DNA of 64,000 nucleotides, taken from a virus. The notes under the pieces were generated by a model. The model made no database searches, had not been told where the DNA came from, and saw nothing but the letters and a program-made list of their open reading frames with translations. Location: the IMG/VR virus record IMGVR_UViG_3300045988_154277; one strand, written 5' to 3'. Shown here one piece after another: positions 35,669-45,843 of the stretch. The position numbers were made by a program, and so were the translations under genes. How positions within the stretch are numbered: position 1 is the stretch's first letter; every line of letters begins with the position of its first letter.

Positions 35669-36844
35669 ATGGAGTCTATGATGATCCCTAACCCTGCTTG
35701 TCTTGGTCTGGAAGCACTGATCCCGTCGGAGACGATCGCTTACCAGCAAATCCAGAAGATGTCCCATGATCTGAATGTTACTCAGAAACAACTGTTCGAT
35801 CAGATGGGACTTCTCCGCAATGCTCATGATCTTTACATCGACAGCCGTCGTAGTCCTGTGGCTTATGTTGCAGCGATGCGTGCGATGGATCTGAAACAAC
35901 CAGGTGATCTGGTTAGGATGTATGCTTCTGTTGAAGATGCTTACGATACTGCTTTCCGCACATACGAAGCTTGTGTGGATCGGTTCGTAAGGTTCTGCAA
36001 GGAACATATGACGGATGAGAAATACAAACTCGCTTATCAAGCTGCGATCGAGAATATCCAGATGCAGTACCATAACCTACTCTGTCTGGATCCGAGAGCG
36101 AACGGTGGTGTCGACATCGGTCCTTCCACAGAAAGTCTTGTGATGGGGGATGTATCGGATGCATCGATGGAAGGGTTCTTCAAGAATATCATCGAGAGCA
36201 TCAAGCATACATTCACACGAGATCTCAAGTGCAAAGAGATCATGAGTGAGATTGCGGCAAGAGCATCCAGCGCTTCGAAAGAAGCTGATGATAAATTCAA
36301 ATCCATCGCTCATGAGTTCAAGTGTCCTCCAGCTGATGACCTGCAAGAAGGAATCGCATACATCGGACCAACGACGAAGTTCCTTAGTGAACGGTTCGAT
36401 GCGTTCATGAACGCACACAAATCGATCTTCACCAGGAAGATGTCTGGAGCAGAACAGGAAGCTTATTTGAAGAAGTTCTTGAAAGAACATAAAGATCACT
36501 TCAATCAGTGGGGTGCGAAATATGGTGATTACCATATGTCGTATCGCAAGGAAGGCAACTATGGCTCCCTCGGTTACAACATGAAGAAAGTGGTTCAGCT
36601 GTTCAAAGCCTTCGAAACGACATCTTCGGGTGCGCGCTCTATGTTGAAAAAGATGTTCGAACAGACAGAAGGGCACACTCAAATTGATGGTGCTTCCTAC
36701 AACGGGAGTGGTGTTACCATCTACTATTCCATCAAGAAGGAATGGAGACTGTGCAATGCTCACCTCGAACGTGTCTTGGAGATCTACGACCAAGTTGATT
36801 ACACGATCTTCCGTATCGGCAAAGACGTGAAATCCTGTCTCTAA
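35669..36844 (+). CDS. hypothetical protein; first gene of a rightward operon ending at 42998
   Basis: Three candidate ATGs (35669, 35678, 35681), with GGAG at 35671. No recognisable domain. Confidence 0.5.
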   Translation: MESMMIPNPACLGLEALIPSETIAYQQIQKMSHDLNVTQKQLFDQMGLLRNAHDLYIDSRRSPVAYVAAMRAMDLKQPGDLVRMYASVEDAYDTAFRTYEACVDRFVRFCKEHMTDEKYKLAYQAAIENIQMQYHNLLCLDPRANGGVDIGPSTESLVMGDVSDASMEGFFKNIIESIKHTFTRDLKCKEIMSEIAARASSASKEADDKFKSIAHEFKCPPADDLQEGIAYIGPTTKFLSERFDAFMNAHKSIFTRKMSGAEQEAYLKKFLKEHKDHFNQWGAKYGDYHMSYRKEGNYGSLGYNMKKVVQLFKAFETTSSGARSMLKKMFEQTEGHTQIDGASYNGSGVTIYYSIKKEWRLCNAHLERVLEIYDQVDYTIFRIGKDVKSCL

Positions 36845-36871
36845 AACATACACAACTTAAGGATAACAACA

Positions 36872-37393
36872 ATGAAAACACAACCTGTCAATACCGCTGT
36901 ACAAACTGCAGTGATCCGCGAATCTGCGATCGTAGCTCTTCTGGAAGACTACGGGAGATTCCTTCTGAAACATCAACGTGTCTCTTCGATGGAAGAGTGT
37001 CGGGATAAGATCGGACAGATCATCAGTCTCGCCATGGATCGAGGAGATGCTACCCAGAACACTCTCGCTCACATCGAACGTTGGCTCTCCAAGAGAACGG
37101 TCAGCACAGACTTCACTTGTTGCTGCAAGAGGATCGAAAAGTATCTCAGTCACGCTCTTGTGGAAGAGATGGGTGAGGTAATGCAGGAACACAATGTCGC
37201 ATCGGATGACCCGAGTTATGCTGAATTCAAACAAGTGTACGATATTTATCTTCAGTGCAAACAAGCGACGGAAGCTCTGATTGCGAAGTATGGTCAACAG
37301 GTCAAATCGATTGCTGCTCAATTCATCACGGAATACAAGCAGGCGTTCGATCCGGAGTTCGTTGCCAAAGTGGAACAAGCGAAGAACTGCTAA
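36872..37393 (+). CDS. hypothetical protein
   Basis: 173 aa with an AAGGA RBS. Followed by a terminator hairpin at 37403..37434. Confidence 0.5.
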   Translation: MKTQPVNTAVQTAVIRESAIVALLEDYGRFLLKHQRVSSMEECRDKIGQIISLAMDRGDATQNTLAHIERWLSKRTVSTDFTCCCKRIEKYLSHALVEEMGEVMQEHNVASDDPSYAEFKQVYDIYLQCKQATEALIAKYGQQVKSIAAQFITEYKQAFDPEFVAKVEQAKNC

Positions 37394-37402
37394 CATTTAA
37401 TT

Positions 37403-37434
37403 ACTGATGGGTGGTTGTGTGACCACCCATCAGT
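37403..37434 (+). terminator. terminator-like hairpin
   Basis: 13-bp stem actgatgggtggt / accacccatcagt, followed by atatttctatc. Confidence 0.5.
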
Positions 37435-37481
37435 ATATTTCTATCTATGCGGATGATCCTACCTTATAGGAGGTGGTGAAT

Positions 37482-38237
37482 ATGGAACCTAATGATGTTA
37501 AATATTTCTTAGAACAACTGAAGCTCGTGTTCTCTTCGTTGTTCGCAAGACAGATGTCGTATGTGATCTTCGGATGTCCGAAGTTACAAGACAACGAACT
37601 GTTGTTCTCTAATGTGGACTCAGTAGCGATTGAAGTTTACGAGAACGATCCGGAGTTCTACTTTCACAAAGTAACGATCCATGATCAACGATTCTTGGAT
37701 CTTCTGTATCAGCAGTATCCGATATTGAAATCTCATGTAATCTGTATGGATGTGAAGACATTCATGTCAGCTGTGAACAAATCAACCAAGTCGCTGACAG
37801 AGAGCAAATTGTCCTTGGCTGAGCAGGAGCTTCTCTTCGAATGTCAGGAGATTTCGATACCCTGTGGACAGATGATTTCAGAGTTCACAGCGAACCATTA
37901 TTACGACATCTTCTTATCCGGATTACCGGATGGTGAAGATCCGTATGTGGTACAGTTACAACTGGATCAGATCGATCCGACGAAGATTACATATTTGGAT
38001 ATCAATGACCACGGTGGTCAGACGATCCAGGAGATCCTTCATTCCAGATGTATGTTGTTACAAGGTAAGAATATCATCTCTACGAAGGAGTATATCCCGA
38101 AGTCCAAGATATCCGAGTACACCTTACAGTTAACAGCAGGCGGAACCAAACAAGCACTGAAAGTGTCGATGATGTTCCAGAATGAGTTGTTATCTGTCGT
38201 ATCCTCACAACCTGGGATACGGTATTACGTACGATAG
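37482..38237 (+). CDS. hypothetical protein
   Basis: ATG at 37482 with an AGGAGGTG RBS. Followed by the hairpin at 38256..38290. Confidence 0.5.
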   Translation: MEPNDVKYFLEQLKLVFSSLFARQMSYVIFGCPKLQDNELLFSNVDSVAIEVYENDPEFYFHKVTIHDQRFLDLLYQQYPILKSHVICMDVKTFMSAVNKSTKSLTESKLSLAEQELLFECQEISIPCGQMISEFTANHYYDIFLSGLPDGEDPYVVQLQLDQIDPTKITYLDINDHGGQTIQEILHSRCMLLQGKNIISTKEYIPKSKISEYTLQLTAGGTKQALKVSMMFQNELLSVVSSQPGIRYYVR

Positions 38238-38255
38238 TATACAGAACATGTGGCA

Positions 38256-38290
38256 GAACTACACTACGTTGTAATGACGTAGTGTAGTTC
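38256..38290 (+). terminator. terminator-like hairpin
   Basis: 14-bp stem gaactacactacgt / acgtagtgtagttc, followed by tctatt. Confidence 0.5.
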
Positions 38291-38360
38291 TCTATTAGTA
38301 GTGTTAAATCGTATACCTACTAGAATATTTGAACACTCTTACAATAAGGAGTATACCACT

Positions 38361-40247
38361 ATGGAACGTCGACCGATTAATCGTGTTGTCCAACCGATGG
38401 AAGATGGTCTTCCTGAAGTCCCGCCAACTGAAGTGATTGTGGATAAACATCCAGAACCACAGCCTTCTGAACCAACACCATCTGCTGTGACAGATGAGGA
38501 CTGGGCGAAGGAGATCGAGCGTGAGAAAGCGGAACAGGAAGCTGTCCTGAAGAAACTTGCGGAAGAAGAGAAAGCTACTGAGCAGAAGGTAACAGAGACT
38601 CAACAGCATGAGATGCAAGCGGATCAGAAGATCGCCGAACTGGAACGACAGCTGGCTGAACTGAAAGCCCAGCAAGCCAAACCGGTACAGGAACCACCGA
38701 AGCCACAGCCGCAACCTGTTGCCCCTAAAGAACCCAAACAAGAAGCACAACAGCCTGCTCCCTCAGCACCTGTGAATCCTCTTGAAAAACTCCAACAGGA
38801 TGAACTGGGTGGGACTTTGTCACAGAATACCCCTGAAGCGAATGCTCCGAAAGAGGAGATCGTCGATCCCGTCCAGAAGAAACACGATGAGATCGCTACC
38901 AAGAACAACTGTTCCAACCGTGTCTTTACAGACAATGGTACGGAAGATGATCTGGACAACGCGATCATCACGTACGACAGAGAGGATCAGCGAGATGAAG
39001 AAGCCAAAGAGGAATCGCCTTCTCCTGGTATCATCGCGATGTCACTCTGTGCACAAGCGGGACAGAAGACCAAACAAGCTCGTATGATGAACCGGTATAT
39101 CAATGAGCTCAAGGAGTTGAATCAGAAGTTCGAGATCCTCACGGAAAGCGTCCTCCGTCTGTCCAAGATCACTCCTCGCCTCCCCAAGAACGACAAGACA
39201 ACACCGATCCATCTGTCCGGCGATGCTGCGAAGATCGCCGTTCTTTCCAGAACACAGGGACTGTACCGGATCATGCTCTACAACAGTGGCTTTTGGATCA
39301 CGGTTCGTCCTCTTACGGTATCGGATGCTTCTGCGTTCGTTCATGAAGTGGACAATGATTTCAAAGAACTGGGTCGGATCTTGGGTGGACAATTCCATCT
39401 GGTCCTCGGTGCCTATCTGAAACAGAAGGTGCTGGAGATCCTTCCCAATGTGATCGTCTCTTCGAACCTGGAAGACTGGGATCAGCCGGATGTGCTCGGA
39501 GAAGCGATCTCCATGCACGATTACGATACGATCCTCTGGGGGATCTGTTGTTCCATGTATCGAGACGGGATCGGGATCGGGGTCCACTGCACCAATATGG
39601 AATGTCGTCATATCGACGCCAACCAATATGTGGATCTCACCAAGGCGTGTTACATCAATCCCGATGTGTTCAATGAGGAAGCGATGACGTGGATGCGCGA
39701 TACGAGAGTCAACAGGACCTTGGATGATTGTCTCAGATATCGCAACACTATCCTGAAGTCTACCAAGACGCTCCCGATGGATGACAACAAGGTGTTGATC
39801 CACATGCGTGTTCCCTCTATCCAGACCTACACAAAACGCAGTGTTGAACTGATCGGGAAGATGCAGTCTGCGATCTATCGGGCGAAGACCCGTAAGAACC
39901 AGGAACTGCAGAATCAAGTGATCTTCCACATTTACAAGATGCTGGCTCCCTGGATTTCATCGATCGTCTACAAGAACGAGTCGGATGCGGATGTTGTGAT
40001 CGAAGGTTACGATGCGATCTGCGCCGACTTGGAAGCCAGAGCAGAACAGGACCACACTCTCTACAGCAAACTGGAAGAATATATTCGCGATACGAAATGT
40101 TCGATGTACTGTCTGACTTCGATCGAATGTCCGAAGTGTCACAAGAAACCCAATCTCAACTCTGAAGGACTGTTCCCGTTGGATGTTGAGTACCTTTTTT
40201 TCGGGTTAACCTGTCTGAAGTTGGAGCAGACAGGAGCACAATTGTAA
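38361..40247 (+). CDS. hypothetical protein with a disordered Pro/Gln/Glu-rich coiled-coil N-terminus and a globular Cys-containing C-terminal domain
   Basis: ATG at 38361 with an AAGGAG RBS. Ends 45 nt after a T_TTT_TTC slippery site. Confidence 0.5.
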   Translation: MERRPINRVVQPMEDGLPEVPPTEVIVDKHPEPQPSEPTPSAVTDEDWAKEIEREKAEQEAVLKKLAEEEKATEQKVTETQQHEMQADQKIAELERQLAELKAQQAKPVQEPPKPQPQPVAPKEPKQEAQQPAPSAPVNPLEKLQQDELGGTLSQNTPEANAPKEEIVDPVQKKHDEIATKNNCSNRVFTDNGTEDDLDNAIITYDREDQRDEEAKEESPSPGIIAMSLCAQAGQKTKQARMMNRYINELKELNQKFEILTESVLRLSKITPRLPKNDKTTPIHLSGDAAKIAVLSRTQGLYRIMLYNSGFWITVRPLTVSDASAFVHEVDNDFKELGRILGGQFHLVLGAYLKQKVLEILPNVIVSSNLEDWDQPDVLGEAISMHDYDTILWGICCSMYRDGIGIGVHCTNMECRHIDANQYVDLTKACYINPDVFNEEAMTWMRDTRVNRTLDDCLRYRNTILKSTKTLPMDDNKVLIHMRVPSIQTYTKRSVELIGKMQSAIYRAKTRKNQELQNQVIFHIYKMLAPWISSIVYKNESDADVVIEGYDAICADLEARAEQDHTLYSKLEEYIRDTKCSMYCLTSIECPKCHKKPNLNSEGLFPLDVEYLFFGLTCLKLEQTGAQL

Positions 40248-40282
40248 ATTATCTGGAAGAGTACTGGGAGAAAGGACAAGAT

Positions 40283-40639
40283 GTGATCTCCAAGAATGAG
40301 GGATTCAACAAATCCTTTCATCTCCAGCTCTTCACAGACAGTCGCTTCCACAAAGCAGATAAGCGATATCGCTTCAATAACCCCAACTGGCACATCTCGT
40401 ATAAAGAGCCAGGTGGTAACCTGGATCAGTATGAGAATCGTGTTATCGATCTGCTTCAACGAAGCGTAACACACGAACTGTTCGGACTCTCATATTGGGA
40501 TCTGATGAATATGGATCTTCCTACTTTTAACAAGATCAGGAACCGTATCTTAGACATCTGTCAGAGACAAGATGAGATGAAGAACCAGATCGATAAAGAA
40601 CAAAAGAAACTGGAAACGGCGCTCCAGAAAGGATATTAA
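40283..40639 (+). CDS. hypothetical protein; reachable by a -1 frameshift from the upstream gene
   Basis: 118 aa with a GTG start and a weak RBS. Its frame is open back to 40190. Confidence 0.4.
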   Translation: MISKNEGFNKSFHLQLFTDSRFHKADKRYRFNNPNWHISYKEPGGNLDQYENRVIDLLQRSVTHELFGLSYWDLMNMDLPTFNKIRNRILDICQRQDEMKNQIDKEQKKLETALQKGY

Positions 40640-40642
40640 CCT

Positions 40643-42529
40643 ATGCCAACTGTACAGCAAGAACCGAATATCGGCTTCGTTCCGATGGATAACAACATCG
40701 GTATGAGCAATCGGTTAGAGAAAGATGAGATGCAGAAGATCATGGTTGAAACACTCGGCGACCTTGCCGATGTGCTGAAAGATCACTGCGGTCCGTATGG
40801 TAAGTATGCAGCGATCACATCTCCTGTGAACCCCTCTGCAGAACCGATCTTCACGAAAGACGGGATCAACATCGTCCGTTCGATCGACTACGTGTCTCAG
40901 GTGCAACAGTTCATCAGGCACACACTGATGTACATGGGATCTCGTATCGAATCTACAGCAGGTGATGGTACGACTTCTGCCATGATCATCATGGCTGTTG
41001 CGATGAAGAACCTGATCCGATCGATCAACGATATTCCCTGCACCTATCAAGATCTGATCTATGTATATCAGAAATACATCCTGGACAAGATGGATGGTGG
41101 ATATAAGGAACATTATGGGTATCATGTCGATAACCAGCAGTTCAAGAACTACGCCAGTCTCCATACAGAGTACGAGGGTGGTGAAGCTTCTACGATGAAG
41201 AAGGGGATCCGTTATATCGCTTACAGTCAAGCGTATACCTCGTCGCATGGTGATATTGAACTTTCCAACATCATCGCTGATCTGTTCGCGAATACTCCGA
41301 AAGAAGTGTGGCACCTCTTCTCTCTGGACAAAGCAGCATATGAAACCAAAGAGCGGTATGTGGTGGATACGGAGTGCTGTCAGTGGAAGGTGGAGGGATG
41401 TCAGCTCTTTCCTCTTACGCAGATGTCAGAGGAGTTCGGCACCGCAGCGATCCGAGAGAACGCTACAACGTTGTTGACGGATCACGGGATATCGGTTGGA
41501 GATGACTATACCAAACCAGTCAGAAATCGAATCGAACAAGCGATCTTGAATGATGAACAGTTGACGGTTCTGGTAACTGGCAACTTAGATACCGCAACCA
41601 ACATGTGGTTGACTGGGTTGTTCCAGCAACATCCGAACCACATGATCAGTATCTACATGATCACTCCTGGAGATTATGGTCTGTGGAACGACATTCCCTA
41701 CATGAAGGTTGCATCAGGACAGCAGCCCACAGAAGTGATGGAGTTCCAACTGGACTACAAGTTCAACGGACGTGATCTCACGATCACCAAAGGTCTGTAC
41801 GAAGACGATGACAAAACTACTTGTCATATGCATCCGTTCTACAAGAACGAAGCATATCCTCTTTACAACGACTTCGTTGCCAGATTGGAACATCAGATCA
41901 AGATCCAGTCTTCTGTTGTGGCTACCAGAGAGTCCAACAACACGGTCGCCCACATGAAGAAGATGCTCAGCAAACTCATCGTGGTGAATCGCAACTACTT
42001 CCGAGTTGGCGGTGCTGCATATGACAATGCTGCCGCGGTTGATGTAGCGGTAGATGTCCTCACAGCAGTGAAGAACACTCTGATCAATGGATGCGCTCTC
42101 GGATCCAACAAGACGTTGTATCAATTCTTCCATAATCGGAAGAAGAATGCGGTTGATCTTGGTATGGATCAGAAGACTTCGAAGATCCTGGTTGCTTTTG
42201 CAGATGCGTTCATGTCTGCGATCGAAGAGACCTTCACTGCGATGTTTCGTTTCGCACCGACGATGCGTCCTGCAGATGATCGTATTAAAGAGATCCTACT
42301 GGAACCTGTTCCGTACAACATCCTGGAACAAGATCAATCCAGTGCAGAGTATCATAACCTTTATGATATGTGCTTCTCTGAACACACGAACCAACCAGCT
42401 GTGCTTCAACCGATCGATACCGATATGGCCATCGTAAGACGGTTCGGTGAAGTGGCTCTTCGGTTCGTGAAAACAGCGCGACTGGTCTCAGAGGGCGGTA
42501 TCTACGTCAACCAAAAGAAGGACTCTTGA
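40643..42529 (+). CDS. divergent chaperonin (GroEL/Cpn60-like)
   Basis: LADVLKDHCGPYGKYAAI, FTKDGINIVRSIDY and TAGDGTTSAMIIMA align with the GroEL N-terminal equatorial domain (LADAVKVTLGPKGRNVVL, ITKDGVSVAREIEL, AAGDGTTTATVLA). Length is 628 aa. Confidence 0.75.
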   Translation: MPTVQQEPNIGFVPMDNNIGMSNRLEKDEMQKIMVETLGDLADVLKDHCGPYGKYAAITSPVNPSAEPIFTKDGINIVRSIDYVSQVQQFIRHTLMYMGSRIESTAGDGTTSAMIIMAVAMKNLIRSINDIPCTYQDLIYVYQKYILDKMDGGYKEHYGYHVDNQQFKNYASLHTEYEGGEASTMKKGIRYIAYSQAYTSSHGDIELSNIIADLFANTPKEVWHLFSLDKAAYETKERYVVDTECCQWKVEGCQLFPLTQMSEEFGTAAIRENATTLLTDHGISVGDDYTKPVRNRIEQAILNDEQLTVLVTGNLDTATNMWLTGLFQQHPNHMISIYMITPGDYGLWNDIPYMKVASGQQPTEVMEFQLDYKFNGRDLTITKGLYEDDDKTTCHMHPFYKNEAYPLYNDFVARLEHQIKIQSSVVATRESNNTVAHMKKMLSKLIVVNRNYFRVGGAAYDNAAAVDVAVDVLTAVKNTLINGCALGSNKTLYQFFHNRKKNAVDLGMDQKTSKILVAFADAFMSAIEETFTAMFRFAPTMRPADDRIKEILLEPVPYNILEQDQSSAEYHNLYDMCFSEHTNQPAVLQPIDTDMAIVRRFGEVALRFVKTARLVSEGGIYVNQKKDS

Positions 42530-42530
42530 T

Positions 42531-42998
42531 ATGCCTACCACCACAGAACAAAATCTGGTGAAAGTATCTCAGTGTAATCTCGGAGATACGATTAAATTCA
42601 AGACGATCAACCCGATCGATGTCAATGTCTACTCCGGTAAGATCATCGGCATCGTGGACTTTGAACGTGCCAGAACTTACGGTGATGTTGCCGCGATCCA
42701 TCTTCAGATGGCTCAAGGTGCATCCAGCATGGGTAAAGACGATCTGATCGATGTGACTCAACAGCAGTTCCTGGTCGTGGAACTATACAACGGTGAGATC
42801 GTTCCTTACGCGTTTGAGTGGTTGCAGTCTCCAGGTGGATCCTACGGATCGGTACAGAAGATCGATGTTGGTGCAACCTACACGATCCGTCTGTACAACG
42901 TGTCGGACACTGACGCGTCGACAGCTCTGTCCATCCTGAAACAGAATGGATATGTCTGTAAACTCTTGAAGAAAACAAGAGATGGTTCCGTCTCTTAA
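42531..42998 (+). CDS. hypothetical protein, coupled to the chaperonin gene
   Basis: 155 aa. Its start is 2 nt after the chaperonin stop. Not GroES-like. Confidence 0.45.
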   Translation: MPTTTEQNLVKVSQCNLGDTIKFKTINPIDVNVYSGKIIGIVDFERARTYGDVAAIHLQMAQGASSMGKDDLIDVTQQQFLVVELYNGEIVPYAFEWLQSPGGSYGSVQKIDVGATYTIRLYNVSDTDASTALSILKQNGYVCKLLKKTRDGSVS

Positions 42999-43006
42999 GT
43001 AAGAAC

Positions 43007-43043
43007 ATCACTAGGGATGTGGATATCCACATCCCTAGTGATC
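43007..43043. terminator. bidirectional hairpin between convergent operons
   Basis: 17-bp stem atcactagggatgtgga / tccacatccctagtgat. Confidence 0.55.
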
Positions 43044-43049
43044 ATATCG

Positions 43050-44066
43050 TTATTTCTTGGAGTTATTGATCTCTTGGATGATCCACTCCGTCATAGAGTA
43101 GAACTTAGCATAATACTGTTCGATACCAACCAACAGAGATGCAGATGAGTTCATCACATATTGAGTGACGTTGAGCAGAAGCGTGATCGACTCTTCCGCA
43201 TTCGAACCTTTCCACATGTTACTCACATCTCTGATGTTCTCGTACAACGTTTCCATGTTGTCAGCGACCGGTTCGATCTCTTTCATGATGGCGGAGACCA
43301 ACGCCTCTGCATAACGAATCTGAGATCCACCATTCCAACCGAACTCTCTGGGATCAACAGGATCCGGAGATGCCGTTTCGATGATGACTTTGCATCCCTC
43401 AGATGTTACAACGACACCATCGCGATAGTGCTGGTGATTGATCTCCCTGGCGAACATATCTCTGGCTGAACGGTAGTCTTTGAATACACCGTCTATGGTT
43501 TGCTTAGCTTTGGCTGGATCGCTTTTAACTGCAGCGAATAGACTGTTCAACTTGCTGTACCAGTCTCCGATGTACACAACAAGATTGCGGAGTGCGGTTA
43601 ATCGCGTAATGAACATCTGGTAATCGAATACATTGGGAACTTGCATCCCTTTGGGGAATGATTGGATCATCATGAGTCGGCTGGCGTTCATCTTCTGTTG
43701 TTTGTTGGGACGCAGGAACCATTCTGTGATCTTGTCCATCAGATAACGGAGGAAGTCCAAGATCTTCTGGATGATGTAGTTCGCTTTATCCTTCAGCCAA
43801 CTTCCCAGGTTAGCAACATAGATGCTCTTCTTGGAGAACATGTCTTTGCCGTCCAGTTCGTGTTTGCCGATGTGAATGGCCGTTGTGAACGACTCACCAC
43901 CAACAGAATCGATCAACGGTTTGCTGTATCCGAACTCTCGAATGGTCTTCAGTACATTGCGGTGATGTTCGAACGTTGCGAAATCCTCCATGATTGACCG
44001 GTACATCTCTTTGGTTCTCTCTTGGAACTCAAAGATATCCATGTAAATAGGAATAAACATATCCAT
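43050..44066 (-). CDS. hypothetical protein sharing the N-terminal SWLK-helix with the HExxH paralogs
   Basis: LGSWLKDKANYIIQKILDFLRYL compares with SWLKQKVLDLLHKFITFVKYL (20209..21558) and SWLKEKINQLIAAVKKFF (45844..47187). Confidence 0.45.
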   Translation of the reverse strand: MDMFIPIYMDIFEFQERTKEMYRSIMEDFATFEHHRNVLKTIREFGYSKPLIDSVGGESFTTAIHIGKHELDGKDMFSKKSIYVANLGSWLKDKANYIIQKILDFLRYLMDKITEWFLRPNKQQKMNASRLMMIQSFPKGMQVPNVFDYQMFITRLTALRNLVVYIGDWYSKLNSLFAAVKSDPAKAKQTIDGVFKDYRSARDMFAREINHQHYRDGVVVTSEGCKVIIETASPDPVDPREFGWNGGSQIRYAEALVSAIMKEIEPVADNMETLYENIRDVSNMWKGSNAEESITLLLNVTQYVMNSSASLLVGIEQYYAKFYSMTEWIIQEINNSKK

Positions 44067-44081
44067 GTGTTATTATCCTCA

Positions 44082-45668
44082 TCAGTTGTTCAGTAGTTGT
44101 GAGAGCTTAGCAGCTCTGAAATAAAGTTTGTTATCCACAAGTTGCTTGGTCTTGTAGATTAGTTGTTCGTACTCTCTTGGGAATCTTCCACTGAGGATCA
44201 TGCCCACTGGTGTTTCCACAAGATAACGAAGTAGTTTGGTGAACGCAGTGATACCATCTGCGATACGGTTCGTAATGGAACGGTTATCGAGCGCTTGTAA
44301 AGTACTCTCGTAATCAGCGATGTAATACGCGAGCATATCGGGAGGAAGGTTCTGCTTGAACACTTTAACAGTCTCCTGCAGAACCAGCTGGCCACGCATC
44401 GGCATCTCATCGTGTTCTTCCAAATGATACATATCACCATTCAGAAGTGTCGTGATGAAAAACGAGAGCTTGGCAACGTTCCAAGCGATACTGCTGTTCT
44501 TCGCGAAGATCCCTGTACCAGCTCTGCTAGCGAGGTTGTAGTCCAGTTTGTTCAGAGAGGACACCAGAGCACTACCGAGTCCGTGTCGTACAACGAACTG
44601 ATCTGCCAGTCTCTCACAGAGTTTGAAGTTGTGAACAGAAACTGCTTGATCGGAGAGTTTCTTACTGGATGTGTTCAGTGCGATCAATGTGGACGTATCT
44701 CCCATATAAGAGAACAGCTGACTCAATACGGCGAATGGGATCGTTGCTATCATAGCAGCATCCATGATCGCCGAGATCAAAATGCCGAATCCATCAAGGA
44801 TGTAAGCTCCAGCAGAGTCTTTTCTATTTTGCAACAGATCATCGGTCTTATCAACAGCGTCTGGTGTATGATGGATCTTACTCAACTCAATCACCATCTT
44901 GGCTTTTTCCTCAACGGTAGCGTGTTGATTGAAATACTCATAAGCAGTCATAACCGTTCCCATCCGCATACACCCATCCAGAGCATGTTCTAACATGGAG
45001 TGAAGATGTCCGATCTCATGGATGACGATAGCAGCGATCTCTTCTGCTGTAAATGGTTGACATTTGTTATGTCCGACTTCCTGGATCAAAAAAGAAGCGA
45101 ATGGATCGAAGTACAACGTGAACGATACCTTACGACCATCGTAGAGATGATCGATTGCATAGATACCGGTATCCTTACGAAGTGAATTCACAAGGTTCTG
45201 GATGTCCTTGACGGTGGTACAGCGTAGGTCGTACTGCTTAATGATCCATTGATAATACTTCTGCATACCAGTACCGGAATACGAATCGATGAACATCTGA
45301 GCATTCCAACCGTAACGGTCACCAATATCCATCACACAAGCGAACCCGTAGTTGATCCCATTGGAGAGAACGATCTTCCTACAGTTCAACCCGGTGGTCT
45401 CTTTGACCAGTTTGCTGAACCTTGGATAGAAGATCTTTTTGGTGTAAGCGATCGTCTCTTTGACACGATCTTGGATAGAGGTGTTGATGTTGTTCCTGTA
45501 ATTGATAATATCTTGAAACAGTTCAACCAACCCTTTCGTCAAAGGAGAACTACGTTGGAAGTCGATCGCTTCCAACGAAGGATATAATCTTGACATAGTG
45601 GAAAGTTCCTTCTGTAGTTTAAGTATAGCATGTGCTGGAAGTGTTGTGAATACACACACCATAAACAA
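44082..45668 (-). CDS. HEIGH zinc-metallopeptidase-like protein
   Basis: AAIVIHEIGHLHSMLEH (HExxH ... E). Confidence 0.5.
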   Translation of the reverse strand: MFMVCVFTTLPAHAILKLQKELSTMSRLYPSLEAIDFQRSSPLTKGLVELFQDIINYRNNINTSIQDRVKETIAYTKKIFYPRFSKLVKETTGLNCRKIVLSNGINYGFACVMDIGDRYGWNAQMFIDSYSGTGMQKYYQWIIKQYDLRCTTVKDIQNLVNSLRKDTGIYAIDHLYDGRKVSFTLYFDPFASFLIQEVGHNKCQPFTAEEIAAIVIHEIGHLHSMLEHALDGCMRMGTVMTAYEYFNQHATVEEKAKMVIELSKIHHTPDAVDKTDDLLQNRKDSAGAYILDGFGILISAIMDAAMIATIPFAVLSQLFSYMGDTSTLIALNTSSKKLSDQAVSVHNFKLCERLADQFVVRHGLGSALVSSLNKLDYNLASRAGTGIFAKNSSIAWNVAKLSFFITTLLNGDMYHLEEHDEMPMRGQLVLQETVKVFKQNLPPDMLAYYIADYESTLQALDNRSITNRIADGITAFTKLLRYLVETPVGMILSGRFPREYEQLIYKTKQLVDNKLYFRAAKLSQLLNN

Positions 45669-45676
45669 AAAACAAA

Positions 45677-45712
45677 TCGTATGGTGGGAGTATTATAGCT
45701 CCCACCATACGA
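45677..45712 (-). terminator. terminator-like hairpin with a T-tract
   Basis: 14-bp stem tcgtatggtgggag / ctcccaccatacga. The minus strand is followed by TTTGTTTTTTGTTT. Confidence 0.55.
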
Positions 45713-45843
45713 AGTCGTTATCATCTCAGATGATACCACACAGTAACATATAGTTCCCTATATGACATCGTGTGATCTCATGCCTGATTAGGTCATCAGA
45801 CATGTGTTTCATTACAATGTACCACATGTGTTCCTCCTTGTTG

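Noticed and set aside
42531-42998. The ORF downstream of the chaperonin as a GroES-like co-chaperonin
   Set aside because: It is 155 aa with no mobile-loop or GroES-like motifs. The coupling is noted but the function is unknown.
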